The notes: generated by a model not told the origin, from the sequence alone. A stretch of 64,000 nucleotides of DNA from an uncultured Sphingobacterium sp. (GCA_947630335.1 CANRHE010000001.1:620-64619); one strand, 5' to 3'. Shown: positions 39,982 to 50,601, counted from the first letter of the stretch. Numbers and translations: made by a program.

Positions 39982-41688
39982 ATGAAATCTTATATATTTT
40001 CACTTATCCTCACATTCTTCTTCATGGTAACTTATGCTGCCAATCCTATTCAAGACAGCATTATTTCTTTTGATGATGTAGAATTTTCGGACGGATCCAT
40101 AACAGATAGCACTACACTAGTAGATATTCCTGACGACTTAGTGTTTTCGGATGGCATTGACACTACAAGTACTATTTCGCAAGACAGTACCAACACAGCT
40201 GATATCGTCACGCCTGCATCCAATAATACAGACGAGAAAGAATCTTTATGGGGTATATTCATAGCTGGTCTATTAGGTGGGTTTGCCGCCTTCTTAATGC
40301 CTTGTATCTTCCCTATGGTACCGCTAACGGTAAGTTTTTTCACCAAAAAAACTGCATCCAAAGCACAAGGTGTTTCTCAAGCACTTCTTTACGGCTTATT
40401 TATAATAGTAATATATGTAGCTCTAGGAATGCTTATTACAATCGCATTTGGTTCGGATGCCCTCAATGCACTATCTACAAACGGCATTTTTAACTTTGTA
40501 TTTTTCTTAATACTTGTTGGTTTTGCGGCTTCATTTTTTGGAGCTTTTGAAATTACATTACCGAGCTCGTTCGTAAATAAAATAGACGCCAAATCGGATA
40601 AAGGCGGTTTCGTTGGTCTATTCTTTATGGCTTTCAGTTTGGCCTTAGTATCTTTCTCTTGTACAGGTCCAATCATAGGTACCTTACTCGTAGAGGCTGC
40701 TTCCAAAGGTGAGCGCTTAGGCCCAGCAATTGGTATGTTAGGCTTCTCTATAGCATTAGCCATACCATTTGTTCTTTTTGCCGCATTCCCCTCGATGTTA
40801 AAGTCTATGCCTAAATCAGGAGGATGGCTTAATTCAGTAAAAGTAGTCCTAGGATTTTTAGAACTAGCCCTTGCTCTCAAATTTTTATCAAATGTAGATC
40901 TAGCATACCATTGGAATTGGCTAGATAGAGAGGTGTTTTTAGCACTTTGGATAGTGATATTCGGAATGTTAGGTCTCTATCTTATCGGTAAAATCAAGTT
41001 CGCTCACGATAGCAATCTAGAATATCTATCCGTACCACGGACCATAATTGCGATTATTGTATTCTCCTTTGTGGTATATATGGTACCAGGTATGTGGGGA
41101 GCACCATTAAAATCAATTTCTGCATTCTTACCACCAAGTGCTACACAAGACTTTGATTTATCAGTAAACAACTTTACTCCATCTTCTTCAAGCTCAATTG
41201 ACGGAAAGAAGAAAAAATACTATGATATATTTCATGAGCGTGGTACGCCAAAAGGGTTTGACCCCTACTATGATTACCAAGAAGGTTTAGCTGCTGCTAA
41301 AGTAGCCAACAAACCTGTACTGATTGATTTTACAGGATGGAACTGTGTCAATTGTAGAAAAATGGAAGCCAATGTATGGACAGATCCAAAAGTTGCAGCC
41401 TTGTTGCGCGAACAATTCATTATGGTAGAACTCTTCGTTGACGACAGAACGGAACTAGAGGCTGACGAACAATATGTTTCTACTTATAGCGGCAAAAAAA
41501 TAAAAACTATTGGAAATTTGAACTCCGATTTCCAGGCTTCAACTTTCAATAGTAACTCACAACCTCTTTATGTTATCGTCGATACCGACGGTAATGTACT
41601 AGTTCCACCGACTGGTGCTAATTATGACATTAACCAGTATGTGGCATTTTTGCAGTCAGGAATTGATGCATTTCTTGCAAAAAAATAA
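39982..41688 (+). CDS. dsbD: DsbD transmembrane plus thioredoxin domain protein
   Basis: MPCIFPM, FSCTGP, PKSGGW, FTGWNCVNCRKME. Confidence 0.92.
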   Translation: MKSYIFSLILTFFFMVTYAANPIQDSIISFDDVEFSDGSITDSTTLVDIPDDLVFSDGIDTTSTISQDSTNTADIVTPASNNTDEKESLWGIFIAGLLGGFAAFLMPCIFPMVPLTVSFFTKKTASKAQGVSQALLYGLFIIVIYVALGMLITIAFGSDALNALSTNGIFNFVFFLILVGFAASFFGAFEITLPSSFVNKIDAKSDKGGFVGLFFMAFSLALVSFSCTGPIIGTLLVEAASKGERLGPAIGMLGFSIALAIPFVLFAAFPSMLKSMPKSGGWLNSVKVVLGFLELALALKFLSNVDLAYHWNWLDREVFLALWIVIFGMLGLYLIGKIKFAHDSNLEYLSVPRTIIAIIVFSFVVYMVPGMWGAPLKSISAFLPPSATQDFDLSVNNFTPSSSSSIDGKKKKYYDIFHERGTPKGFDPYYDYQEGLAAAKVANKPVLIDFTGWNCVNCRKMEANVWTDPKVAALLREQFIMVELFVDDRTELEADEQYVSTYSGKKIKTIGNLNSDFQASTFNSNSQPLYVIVDTDGNVLVPPTGANYDINQYVAFLQSGIDAFLAKK

Positions 41689-41744
41689 AGAACTAATGAT
41701 AAAATTGACAATAACTACAAGTAATTGTCACTATATTTGAAACT

Positions 41745-42719
41745 ATGAGTAATATTAAAAACATTGCAGTACTAACTTCTGGAGGAGATGCTCCAGGTAT
41801 GAATGCCGCTATACGTGCTGTCGTTAGAGCAGGGATATATCATGGCATCAATATGTTTGGTATAAAAAGAGGTTACGATGGTTTAGTAAACGGCGATATT
41901 ACTGCTATGGATGTCAAGTCCGTAGCCAATATTATACAAAGAGGAGGAACCATTCTAAAAACTGCTCGAAGTACAGAGTTTAAAACGGTCGAAGGACGTA
42001 AACAAGCTTACGAAAATATTAAAAAATTAAATATTGATGCACTAGTTGTGATCGGAGGTGATGGTACTTTTACTGGAGCATCAAAATTTATAGAAGAATT
42101 TAATATACCTATCATTGGTATACCAGGTACTATTGATAATGATCTTGCGGGCACAGATTTCACAATTGGTTATGATACGGCTATAAACACCGTAGTAGAT
42201 GCCGTTGATAAAATAAGGGATACCGCAGAGTCTCATGACAGGTTATTTGTCATTGAAGTAATGGGTAGAGATTCAGGCTTAATTGCTTTAAGATCTGGCA
42301 TAAGTACTGGAGCAGAAGCTGTACTTATTCCTGAGTTAGAGGTCGATTATGAGGCCATTATGAAACGATTAGATTCTACAAGAAAGAATAAATCGTCACG
42401 AATTATAATTGTTGCAGAAGGTGATGAAGAAGGCGGACTAGTTGTAGCTGAGAAAATTCAAAAAAACTTTCCTTCATACGATGTACGTGTATCAATCCTT
42501 GGGCACATACAGCGTGGTGGCAAGCCTTCTTGCATGGATAGAGTATTAGCTAGCCGTTTAGGCGTCGCTGCTGTTGAAGGACTATTAGAAGGTAGAAAAG
42601 GAGAAATGGCCGGGTTAGTATGTAGCAAAATTACATTTACGCCATTTCACAAGGCGATAAAACATATCGATGCACCTGATGAAAATTTAACTCGTATTGT
42701 CGAAATACTTTCCTTATAA
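41745..42719 (+). CDS. pfkA: 6-phosphofructokinase
   Basis: TSGGDAPGMN, GGDG, PGTIDND, EVMGR, LGHIQRGG. Confidence 0.97.
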   Translation: MSNIKNIAVLTSGGDAPGMNAAIRAVVRAGIYHGINMFGIKRGYDGLVNGDITAMDVKSVANIIQRGGTILKTARSTEFKTVEGRKQAYENIKKLNIDALVVIGGDGTFTGASKFIEEFNIPIIGIPGTIDNDLAGTDFTIGYDTAINTVVDAVDKIRDTAESHDRLFVIEVMGRDSGLIALRSGISTGAEAVLIPELEVDYEAIMKRLDSTRKNKSSRIIIVAEGDEEGGLVVAEKIQKNFPSYDVRVSILGHIQRGGKPSCMDRVLASRLGVAAVEGLLEGRKGEMAGLVCSKITFTPFHKAIKHIDAPDENLTRIVEILSL

Positions 42720-42758
42720 TAGAAGTTGAACGATAACAAAAAAGGGATTAAATATATT

Positions 42759-44518
42759 GAGGCCACTGAAAAAGTCTCAATTATTTAATGAGTCTTAAAG
42801 AAATGACTGAGTACAGATTTTACCTTACTCGGTCATTTTTGTTTAAAGGATTTCTGGATGTGTATTTTTTATGGCCTTCTTTAAGGTTTAGTCTACTAGG
42901 ACTTGCTATTTGAGTTTTCAGCATCCCATTTAGACTGTTTTTGAGGTAATACTTCTCTTTTTAGATCAATTTCAGGATTCTTTTCAAGTTTACGGTGAAG
43001 ATGGCCATTGCACCCTGCATTTCCATGTTTTTGATGCCGTATGAATCAGCCCTTCCATATCCATGGACATTTTTGAGTTCACTGTTCTTAGCCTCGATTT
43101 TATATCTTTCTTTGGATTTACTTCGATAATGTTCAGTTTCCTGGAACGCCATCTGATCTTTGTGAAGGTCAGATTTTATAGAGACTGAATAGGTCTTAGT
43201 TTTGGCTCCCGGCTTATAACACCCTTCCCTAAATGGACAGGCCTTACATTTTTCGACATCAAAGTAATATGTCTCAGTTTGATTTGTACCTTGTTCCTTC
43301 TTTCCCTGACGGGCCTTGCGGATGGCCAAATGTCCTGCGGGACAAACAAACATACCCGCATCTTTATTATAGTCAAACTTGTCTTCATCTTTCCTAAAGC
43401 CCTGTGTAATGGATGGATTTAATTTAGCGATGATATCAATGTTTTGTTCTTTTGCCAGTTGAAGATTTTCCTTACCTGAATATGCTGCATCACCAATAAT
43501 GGCATCCACTTCCATTCCATTTTGCTGACTGATACTCAACAACTGGGGGAGTTGCGGACCATCACCTTTTTCCCCTGTAGTAACCACCGCGGCTGTGATG
43601 ATGCGTTCCTGGGTCATTGCTAGATGTGTTTTATAACCAAAGAAACTACTATCTATTGATTTATGTCCAAGCCTGGCTTCATCATCTTTAGAGAGTAGAT
43701 AATATTCTTTTGTGTCTTCAATGGTTTCCTTTAACAGGTTCAACTTTTCTTTTACAGCCGGTATTTCACTCATAGATTGATCCTGATCAAGGATCTTTTG
43801 TAATTCCTTGCAATAGGCAAGCTCTTGATCTAGATCGTTGGATTCGTTCTTCTGCGGTAGATTCTCCTTGTATTCCTCATCAATCTGATATATCGCTTTT
43901 CTTAATAGCTTGGAACGTTCCTTGAGTACTTCCAAGGCTGTATAGGGGTTCGATCTGGAATGAGTATGGGTAGCATCTACGATGATAGATTTAGATTTTA
44001 TAATACCCTTTTCAAGAGCAATCAATACGGTCTTGTTGATCAACAGGTTTAATAAATCCATATCCTTTAATCTAAGCTTGCGAAACTTGGTTAGTGAACT
44101 TGAATTGATCACATCCTCCTCAGGAGCCATTTCAAGAAAGTATTTAAACGACATATCATATCTTGAACGCTCAACAACATCTACATCCGAAACGGTATAG
44201 ATCGTTTTTAACAAAAGATACTTGAACATCTTGATGGGACTCTCTGCTGTACGACCATTAGTGTGGCAATACTTCTCCAAAAGCTCCTCATAGATAAAGC
44301 TGAAATCGATAAGGTCGTTGATTTTACGAAGTAGATTGTCTTTTGGAACAATAATATCATACAAACCTGAATAGGAACTGAACTGTATTTTTTGTTGAGT
44401 AGATAGCATCTTGGTATCCGTTAAAGCCTACTTTAAGATACGAAAAAAGGAGCAGAAAACTCTTGTTTTCTACTCCTTTTTTTAGACCTATTTAAAAGGG
44501 GGCTTTTTCAGTGCCCTC
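42759..44518 (-). mobile_element. IS1182-family insertion sequence, 1760 bp
   Basis: 18-bp TIRs GAGGCCACTGAAAAAGTC / GAGGGCACTGAAAAAGCC; AATATATT duplicated at 42751-42758 and 44519-44526. Confidence 0.92.
42961..44409 (-). CDS. IS1182-family DDE transposase
   Basis: N-terminal DUF772-like (LLRKINDLIDFSFI, GRTAESP); VDAT; GYKTH; GDAAY; CPAG..C..CP..C; RYKIEAKNSELK. Confidence 0.92.
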   Translation of the reverse strand: MLSTQQKIQFSSYSGLYDIIVPKDNLLRKINDLIDFSFIYEELLEKYCHTNGRTAESPIKMFKYLLLKTIYTVSDVDVVERSRYDMSFKYFLEMAPEEDVINSSSLTKFRKLRLKDMDLLNLLINKTVLIALEKGIIKSKSIIVDATHTHSRSNPYTALEVLKERSKLLRKAIYQIDEEYKENLPQKNESNDLDQELAYCKELQKILDQDQSMSEIPAVKEKLNLLKETIEDTKEYYLLSKDDEARLGHKSIDSSFFGYKTHLAMTQERIITAAVVTTGEKGDGPQLPQLLSISQQNGMEVDAIIGDAAYSGKENLQLAKEQNIDIIAKLNPSITQGFRKDEDKFDYNKDAGMFVCPAGHLAIRKARQGKKEQGTNQTETYYFDVEKCKACPFREGCYKPGAKTKTYSVSIKSDLHKDQMAFQETEHYRSKSKERYKIEAKNSELKNVHGYGRADSYGIKNMEMQGAMAIFTVNLKRILKLI

Positions 44519-44557
44519 AATATATTTAATCCCTTTTTTAATGACTATCATCCAGAT

Positions 44558-45817
44558 CTAAGCTCGCACTAATTCAAATATCGTTATCTCAGGTAATATA
44601 CCTACACGACCTGGATAGCCCAAAAAGCCATATCCCGTATTTACATACAGTTGTTTTTGACCTTCTTTATATAGACCAGCCCATTCTTTATATATAAATT
44701 TAGCTGGACTCCATTGAAAGTTCTCTCCACGTACACCAAATTGCATACCGTGGGTATGTCCAGCAAACATAGCATCTACATCAGTATCCAATACCTGTGC
44801 TCGCCAGTGCGAAGGATCATGCGATAGCAGTAATTTAACCGACTTATCTTCTGTCCCTAACAATGCTTTATCAATATCTCCTTTTTTCGGAAAACGACCT
44901 GTCCCCCAGTTTTGAACACCTACGATGGAGATTTCATCATTACCAACCTTAATCGTTCGATTCTCATCCATTAATAGATCCCAGCCCATTACCTTATGGG
45001 TATCAATCATATCTTGAAGATTCTTTCGCTTTGCGGGACTATCCTCTTTTCCAAAATAATAATCACCATAGTCATGATTGCCTAAGGTCGAGAACACACC
45101 GTGATCAGCCTTAACTTTACTAAAAATATCCTGATAATCTCGCATTTCACTAGCGACATTATTAACCAAATCACCCGTAAAAAAAACAGCATCAGGTTTT
45201 TCACCAAGCAACATTTCAACACCGCCCAATACAGCACGTTTATTATAGAATGACCCTGAATGGACATCTGAAATCTGTGCAATTGTAAACCCCTCAAATC
45301 CCTTTGGCAAATTAGGCAATACCAAGCGCTGACGACGAATACGGTAGTCATATGCACCAGATATAATACCCCAAGATAGTGGAATTATAGGTAAAGAGGC
45401 AACTACAATACCTGATTTGAGCAAAAATTCAGATCTTGTTATCCCATTTTTAGGTGATTCTGGAAGAGGTTTTTGTAATTCTTCAACGCGTTCTTCTACA
45501 GACGTTGTTTTCTTGGTATTAATAACCCGCTTTAACCATACACCACCTCTTCTTATATCATCTATAAGCAAAATTAAAACATAGATAAACTTACTTACAG
45601 CTGTTAAGAAGAAAGCAACGAGGATAATCGATCTATATGTTAATGGGATATTAAATTTAAATGATATAAAAACGCCGGTAAGCAAAGTAGCAGAGTATCC
45701 CCACCAAAGAAGTGCAAACCACTTCTTCTTTACAAATTTTATTTTGGTAGCGCGTAAAGCGTTAAAAATATAAAAATCAAAAAGAAAAAGTAATAGGGCA
45801 TTTATTATTATCATCAT
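44558..45817 (-). CDS. Membrane-anchored metallophosphoesterase (YkuE/YaeI-like)
   Basis: Three N-terminal TM; SDVH, TGDLVN, GNHD, SHDP, GHTHGMQ. Confidence 0.9.
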   Translation of the reverse strand: MMIIINALLLFLFDFYIFNALRATKIKFVKKKWFALLWWGYSATLLTGVFISFKFNIPLTYRSIILVAFFLTAVSKFIYVLILLIDDIRRGGVWLKRVINTKKTTSVEERVEELQKPLPESPKNGITRSEFLLKSGIVVASLPIIPLSWGIISGAYDYRIRRQRLVLPNLPKGFEGFTIAQISDVHSGSFYNKRAVLGGVEMLLGEKPDAVFFTGDLVNNVASEMRDYQDIFSKVKADHGVFSTLGNHDYGDYYFGKEDSPAKRKNLQDMIDTHKVMGWDLLMDENRTIKVGNDEISIVGVQNWGTGRFPKKGDIDKALLGTEDKSVKLLLSHDPSHWRAQVLDTDVDAMFAGHTHGMQFGVRGENFQWSPAKFIYKEWAGLYKEGQKQLYVNTGYGFLGYPGRVGILPEITIFELVRA

Positions 45818-45823
45818 AACATT

Positions 45824-46852
45824 CTAATTAGAGAGAACTAATTTTTTAAGAGTTTGAATCCAGCGTGGGTTATCATTTAAGCTTTCAACCATGGCGACCT
45901 CTTCACCTCCCATAGCTTTAAACTCATCCGCATATTCTACTAAGATCTCATCCAAAGTCTCAATACAGTCTGCGACAAAAGCAGGGCTAAATACTAATAA
46001 TCGTTTCTTACCTTGTTTTGCCAAATGTTCCAGAGCATCGGAAGTATAAGGTTGTATCCAAGGTGTCTTTCCCAAGCGGGATTGAAAACAAACGGAATAT
46101 TTATCTTCTGGAAGTTCTAGTTTCGAAGCAATAGCACGAGTGGTTGCATAGCATTGCGAAAGGTAACAAAAACTATTTTTCTCCTTTTTACAGCTTTCAC
46201 ACCCCATTGCTGGACAATTTAAAGTACCGGAGGGATCCACTTTACCCAATTGCCTAACAGGAAGTCCGTGGTAACTAAAAAGTATATGATCAAAACTATC
46301 TATATCATGCTTACGGCCGTGTTCAGCATATGTCGCAATCATGTCTTCATCATCACAATAACTACCTACAAAAGAAACGGAGGGGATATATTGCCATTTA
46401 CGCATAATCTCCATCACCTTGTCCATTACCGAACCTGAGGTAGCTGAAGCATACTGAGGAAACAAAGGAATAACTTTAATAGAATCCAGAAGCATACCTT
46501 CCATTTTCTTTAAAGCGGACTCAATAGAAGGGTTTTGATAGCGCATAGCCAATTCGACATGATACTCCTCGCCCAATTCTTCTTGCAATAAGCGCTGCTG
46601 TAAAATAGAATAATACATCAATGGAGACCCATTAACCTCATCCCAAATGGTAGCATAAGTCGCTGCAGAAGCTGCCGCTCTTTTAGGAACGATCACACCT
46701 TTGACAAGCATTGTACGACCCAAGTAAGGAATATCCATAACCCTAGGGTCCATCAAAAACTCAATAAGATATCGACGCACGTCTTCTGTAACAGGTCGAT
46801 CTGGGGTACCTAATTGCACCAACAGAACGCCCTTTTTAGCTTTTGCACTCAT
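45824..46852 (-). CDS. hemH: Ferrochelatase
   Basis: QLGTP, PLFPQY, SYHGLP, FQSRLG, FVADCIETLDE. Confidence 0.96.
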   Translation of the reverse strand: MSAKAKKGVLLVQLGTPDRPVTEDVRRYLIEFLMDPRVMDIPYLGRTMLVKGVIVPKRAAASAATYATIWDEVNGSPLMYYSILQQRLLQEELGEEYHVELAMRYQNPSIESALKKMEGMLLDSIKVIPLFPQYASATSGSVMDKVMEIMRKWQYIPSVSFVGSYCDDEDMIATYAEHGRKHDIDSFDHILFSYHGLPVRQLGKVDPSGTLNCPAMGCESCKKEKNSFCYLSQCYATTRAIASKLELPEDKYSVCFQSRLGKTPWIQPYTSDALEHLAKQGKKRLLVFSPAFVADCIETLDEILVEYADEFKAMGGEEVAMVESLNDNPRWIQTLKKLVLSN

Positions 46853-46921
46853 GACCACAAAAATAAAGAAAATTTATAGGACTATATACTAAGATATAGA
46901 AAATGAAAATATCATGACTTG

Positions 46922-47770
46922 TTAAAGTTGCTCCAAAGCTTCTTTGACTTCCTTCATCAACCACATAGGCGTTGAAGTAGCTCCACATATACCGATCGAT
47001 TCCCCTTCCTCAAAAATAGAAGTATCCAACTCGCTATAATCAGAAATAAAATAGGTATTACTATTTGCAGCCTTACATACATCAAATAACACTTTACCAT
47101 TGGAGGACTTCTTGCCAGACACGAAGACGACTTTATCATATTGACGTGCAAAATCACCCAAATCATCATATCGGTTCGATACTTGTCGGCATATGGTATC
47201 ATTTGCCTTCACCTCATAACCGCGTTTGATCAACTCTTCTTTAATTGAGTAGAACTTATCTACACTTTTAGTAGTCTGACTGTACAACGTGAACGAAGCT
47301 GGCAACTCTACATCATCCAACTCAGTGATATCTTGAAAAACCAAAGCCTCATTATTTGTCTGACCTTGCAGACCGATTACCTCTGCATGACCATGCTTAC
47401 CAAAAATTAATATCTTCTCACTAGCGTCATGAGATGTCTTGATCCGGTTCTGCAATTTAAGCACAACGGGACACGAAGCGTCAATCAAGGTAATGTTATT
47501 CTCTAATGCAATTTTATAAGTCGATGGAGCTTCTCCGTGAGCACGGATCAATACTTTCTCGTTATGTAAAGTAGGCAGTACATCGTGATTAATAATGCGC
47601 AATCCTTTAGCCTTAAGACGTGCTACCTCTTCATCATTATGAACAATATCACCTAAACAATAAAGATAACCATCCTCTTCCAGAATTTCTTCTGCCATAT
47701 CAATGGCATATACCACTCCAAAACAAAACCCAGAATCTTTATCTATCGTAACTTGCAGACCTTTTGACAT
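46922..47770 (-). CDS. ispH: 4-hydroxy-3-methylbut-2-enyl diphosphate reductase
   Basis: GFCFGV, IVHN, RAHG, DASCP, HAEV, QTT, DTIC, SSN, GATSTP. Confidence 0.97.
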   Translation of the reverse strand: MSKGLQVTIDKDSGFCFGVVYAIDMAEEILEEDGYLYCLGDIVHNDEEVARLKAKGLRIINHDVLPTLHNEKVLIRAHGEAPSTYKIALENNITLIDASCPVVLKLQNRIKTSHDASEKILIFGKHGHAEVIGLQGQTNNEALVFQDITELDDVELPASFTLYSQTTKSVDKFYSIKEELIKRGYEVKANDTICRQVSNRYDDLGDFARQYDKVVFVSGKKSSNGKVLFDVCKAANSNTYFISDYSELDTSIFEEGESIGICGATSTPMWLMKEVKEALEQL

Positions 47771-47895
47771 ATCACAAAGTTAAGAATAAGAATCCTTAGG
47801 ATAAAATATCATTTGCCTCATAAATTGAGAATTGCAATTTTTCTTCAAACATTTTAGTTTTTACGTACCTTTGCAAAAAAATACTATTAAAAGTT

Positions 47896-48315
47896 ATGGC
47901 AACTAACAGAACATTTACGATGATTAAACCAGATGCAGTAGCAAATGGTCACATCGGTGCTATTTTAAATGATATCATTGCAGGTGGGTTTAAAATTATA
48001 GCAATGAAATATATCCAACTTTCTACTGAAGATGCTGGTAATTTCTACGCAGTACACAAAGAAAGACCTTTCTACGGTGAATTAGTAAAATTCATGACTT
48101 CAGGTCCTATCGTGGCAGCTATCTTAGAAAAAGACAATGCTGTAGAAGATTTCCGTACTTTAATCGGTGCTACTAACCCTGCTGAAGCTGCAGAAGGTAC
48201 TATCCGTAATAAATATGCTAAATCAATCGATGCTAATGCAGTACACGGATCTGATTCAGACGAAAATGCAGCAATCGAAGGTAATTTCTTCTTCTCTCAA
48301 TTCGAAAGATTTTAG
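47896..48315 (+). CDS. ndk: Nucleoside-diphosphate kinase
   Basis: [23 protein letters not shown]. Confidence 0.98.
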   Translation: MATNRTFTMIKPDAVANGHIGAILNDIIAGGFKIIAMKYIQLSTEDAGNFYAVHKERPFYGELVKFMTSGPIVAAILEKDNAVEDFRTLIGATNPAEAAEGTIRNKYAKSIDANAVHGSDSDENAAIEGNFFFSQFERF

Positions 48316-48333
48316 TAGATAAGGATATCAAAA

Positions 48334-48373
48334 AACAAAAAAGGGCTGAATAAATATTCAGCCCTTTTTTGTT
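48334..48373. terminator. Bidirectional terminator
   Basis: AACAAAAAAGGGCTGAATA-AA-TATTCAGCCCTTTTTTGTT. Confidence 0.85.
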
Positions 48374-49262
48374 ATCCTTCAATCTTAGCCGAAGAGGTCG
48401 GTACTTGACGATCGACTTTCTTAACTAAACCTTGCAATACATTACCAGGACCAACTTCTACAAATGCTTCCGCACCATCTGCTAACATATTCTGAACAGT
48501 CTGTGTCCAACGTACAGCTCCCGTTAACTGCGCTATCAGATTAGCTTTAATAGCCGCAGCTGATGTGTAAGGCTTAGCATCAACGTTTTGATAGATTGGG
48601 CAAAGTGGCTCTTGAATATTAGTAGCCTCAATTGCAGCTTGTAGCTCTACTTTAGCAGGCTCCATTAATGGAGAGTGAAAAGCACCACCTACATTTAATT
48701 TTAAAGCACGTTTCGCTCCTGCTTCTGTCAATAAAGCACAAGCTTTATCAATACCTTCCATACTTCCAGATATCACCAACTGACCTGGACAGTTATAGTT
48801 GGCAGCTACCACTACATCCTCTACCGATGCACAGATACGCTCCACAGTCTCATCGTCTAAACCCAATATTGCAGCCATCGTCGAAGGTTGTAATTCACAT
48901 GCTTTTTGCATAGCATTAGCACGTTGGGCAACTAGCTTCAAACCATCTTCAAAAGATAAAGCGCCAGCAGCAACTAAAGCCGAAAACTCTCCTAATGAAT
49001 GACCAGCAACCATACTTGGTGTAAATGAATCACCCAATGATTTAGCTAAGATTACTGAATGTAAAAATATAGCGGGTTGAGTCACCTTAGTCTGTTTCAA
49101 ATCCTCATCCGTACCATTAAACATAATGTCGGTAATACGAAATCCTAAAATATCATTTGCTTGCTCGAACAAAGCCTTAGCTTCATCGTTCAAATTATAT
49201 AGATCCTGGCCCATTCCAACGAATTGAGCACCTTGACCCGGAAAAACATAAGCTGTTTTCAT
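48372..49262 (-). CDS. fabD: Malonyl-CoA:ACP transacylase
   Basis: FPGQGAQ, GHSLGE, GAFHS. Confidence 0.97.
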   Translation of the reverse strand: MKTAYVFPGQGAQFVGMGQDLYNLNDEAKALFEQANDILGFRITDIMFNGTDEDLKQTKVTQPAIFLHSVILAKSLGDSFTPSMVAGHSLGEFSALVAAGALSFEDGLKLVAQRANAMQKACELQPSTMAAILGLDDETVERICASVEDVVVAANYNCPGQLVISGSMEGIDKACALLTEAGAKRALKLNVGGAFHSPLMEPAKVELQAAIEATNIQEPLCPIYQNVDAKPYTSAAAIKANLIAQLTGAVRWTQTVQNMLADGAEAFVEVGPGNVLQGLVKKVDRQVPTSSAKIEG

Positions 49263-49323
49263 ATAAAATAAAAGTATTAGTCAATTAAAATAATCACAAA
49301 TATACTAAATCATGTTATTATCC

Positions 49324-50556
49324 TTAATCCTCCGGAACAAAGGACAACGAGATCATATTATTACGATCGAAGAAGCGATTTGCCAAATCAGCCAAATCCA
49401 TAACTTTAACCGCATCAATCCGATCAAATACATCTTGAAGTGAAATAATCTGACCATAATCAATGAGGTTCTTAGACTCTGCAATTATCATACTCATTCG
49501 CCCCTCTTCTGCCAAAGCGATCTGACCTTTAAATTTTTCCTTAGCCTTATTAAGTTGATGCTCTGAAATTAAATTCTTCTTCAACTTCATAAGTTCCTTA
49601 TCTACTAAGGAGACAGCCTTAGTAAGCTTCTCTTCATCCGTACCCAAATAAATACTAAAGCTACCCGTATCACTATATAATGTTACGTTGGACTCTATCA
49701 TATAGGCAATGCCGTGCTTTTCTCGGATACCCAAATTCAAGATAGAACTCATACCAATTCCGCCCAACATATTATTCAATAATAATAAGGCTGTTTTTTG
49801 ATCATCATAGATCCCAAAAGTTTGAGCACCTACCATATAATGGGCTTGATTAATTGGCTTCTCAATCACCAAATCAGACCCACCATTCCAAGACAAGGCT
49901 TGCCCTTTTCTCTCCGGAACATTCCGTACGGTTTGTCCAAAAATCTTATCGGCATATCGTTTGACCTGTGCAAAAGTATAATCACCCGTAATACCAATTA
50001 CAATCTCATTTGTATTGTAATTTTGCTGCATAAACTGATCAATATGCGTACGAGACATTCCTTTTAAGTCTTCTTCCAAGCCTAAGATATTATGACCTAG
50101 GCCAGAATCTTTGAATAAAATATCCTCAAAATCATCCATAATAGACTCTTCAGGACTATCCAAATATGAAGCTATCTCATCAAGAATTACGCTCTTCTCT
50201 TTCTCCATCTCATGAATTGGGAAAGTGGAGTGAAATAGCACATCTTCAAAAAGATCCAAAGCACGCTCCAAATGTGGTCTCAGAAAAGAAGCATGTATAC
50301 AAGTGTACTCTTTGGTCGTATAGGCATTCAAGTCACCCCCTACCTGCTCTAATCGATTCAAAATCTGATTAGTCGAACGACGTGTAGTTCTCTTAAAAAG
50401 AAGGTGCTCAATAAAGTGTGCCACACCAAAACTACCCGCATCTTCATAACGCGAACCCGCATTTACGATCATACAAGTATGCGTAATTGGAGAGTTTTGA
50501 TAATGTAACAACACCCGAATTCCATTATCGAGCTGAATAAGATTATACTCCTTCAT
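49324..50556 (-). CDS. M16 (pitrilysin/insulinase) family peptidase
   Basis: Inverted zinc motif HFIEH; NAYT; REKHGIAY. Confidence 0.93.
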   Translation of the reverse strand: MKEYNLIQLDNGIRVLLHYQNSPITHTCMIVNAGSRYEDAGSFGVAHFIEHLLFKRTTRRSTNQILNRLEQVGGDLNAYTTKEYTCIHASFLRPHLERALDLFEDVLFHSTFPIHEMEKEKSVILDEIASYLDSPEESIMDDFEDILFKDSGLGHNILGLEEDLKGMSRTHIDQFMQQNYNTNEIVIGITGDYTFAQVKRYADKIFGQTVRNVPERKGQALSWNGGSDLVIEKPINQAHYMVGAQTFGIYDDQKTALLLLNNMLGGIGMSSILNLGIREKHGIAYMIESNVTLYSDTGSFSIYLGTDEEKLTKAVSLVDKELMKLKKNLISEHQLNKAKEKFKGQIALAEEGRMSMIIAESKNLIDYGQIISLQDVFDRIDAVKVMDLADLANRFFDRNNMISLSFVPED

Positions 50557-50601
50557 CAAAGATTTTTTAATTTAATGTTTGCAAAACTACGTAATAAAAC
50601 A

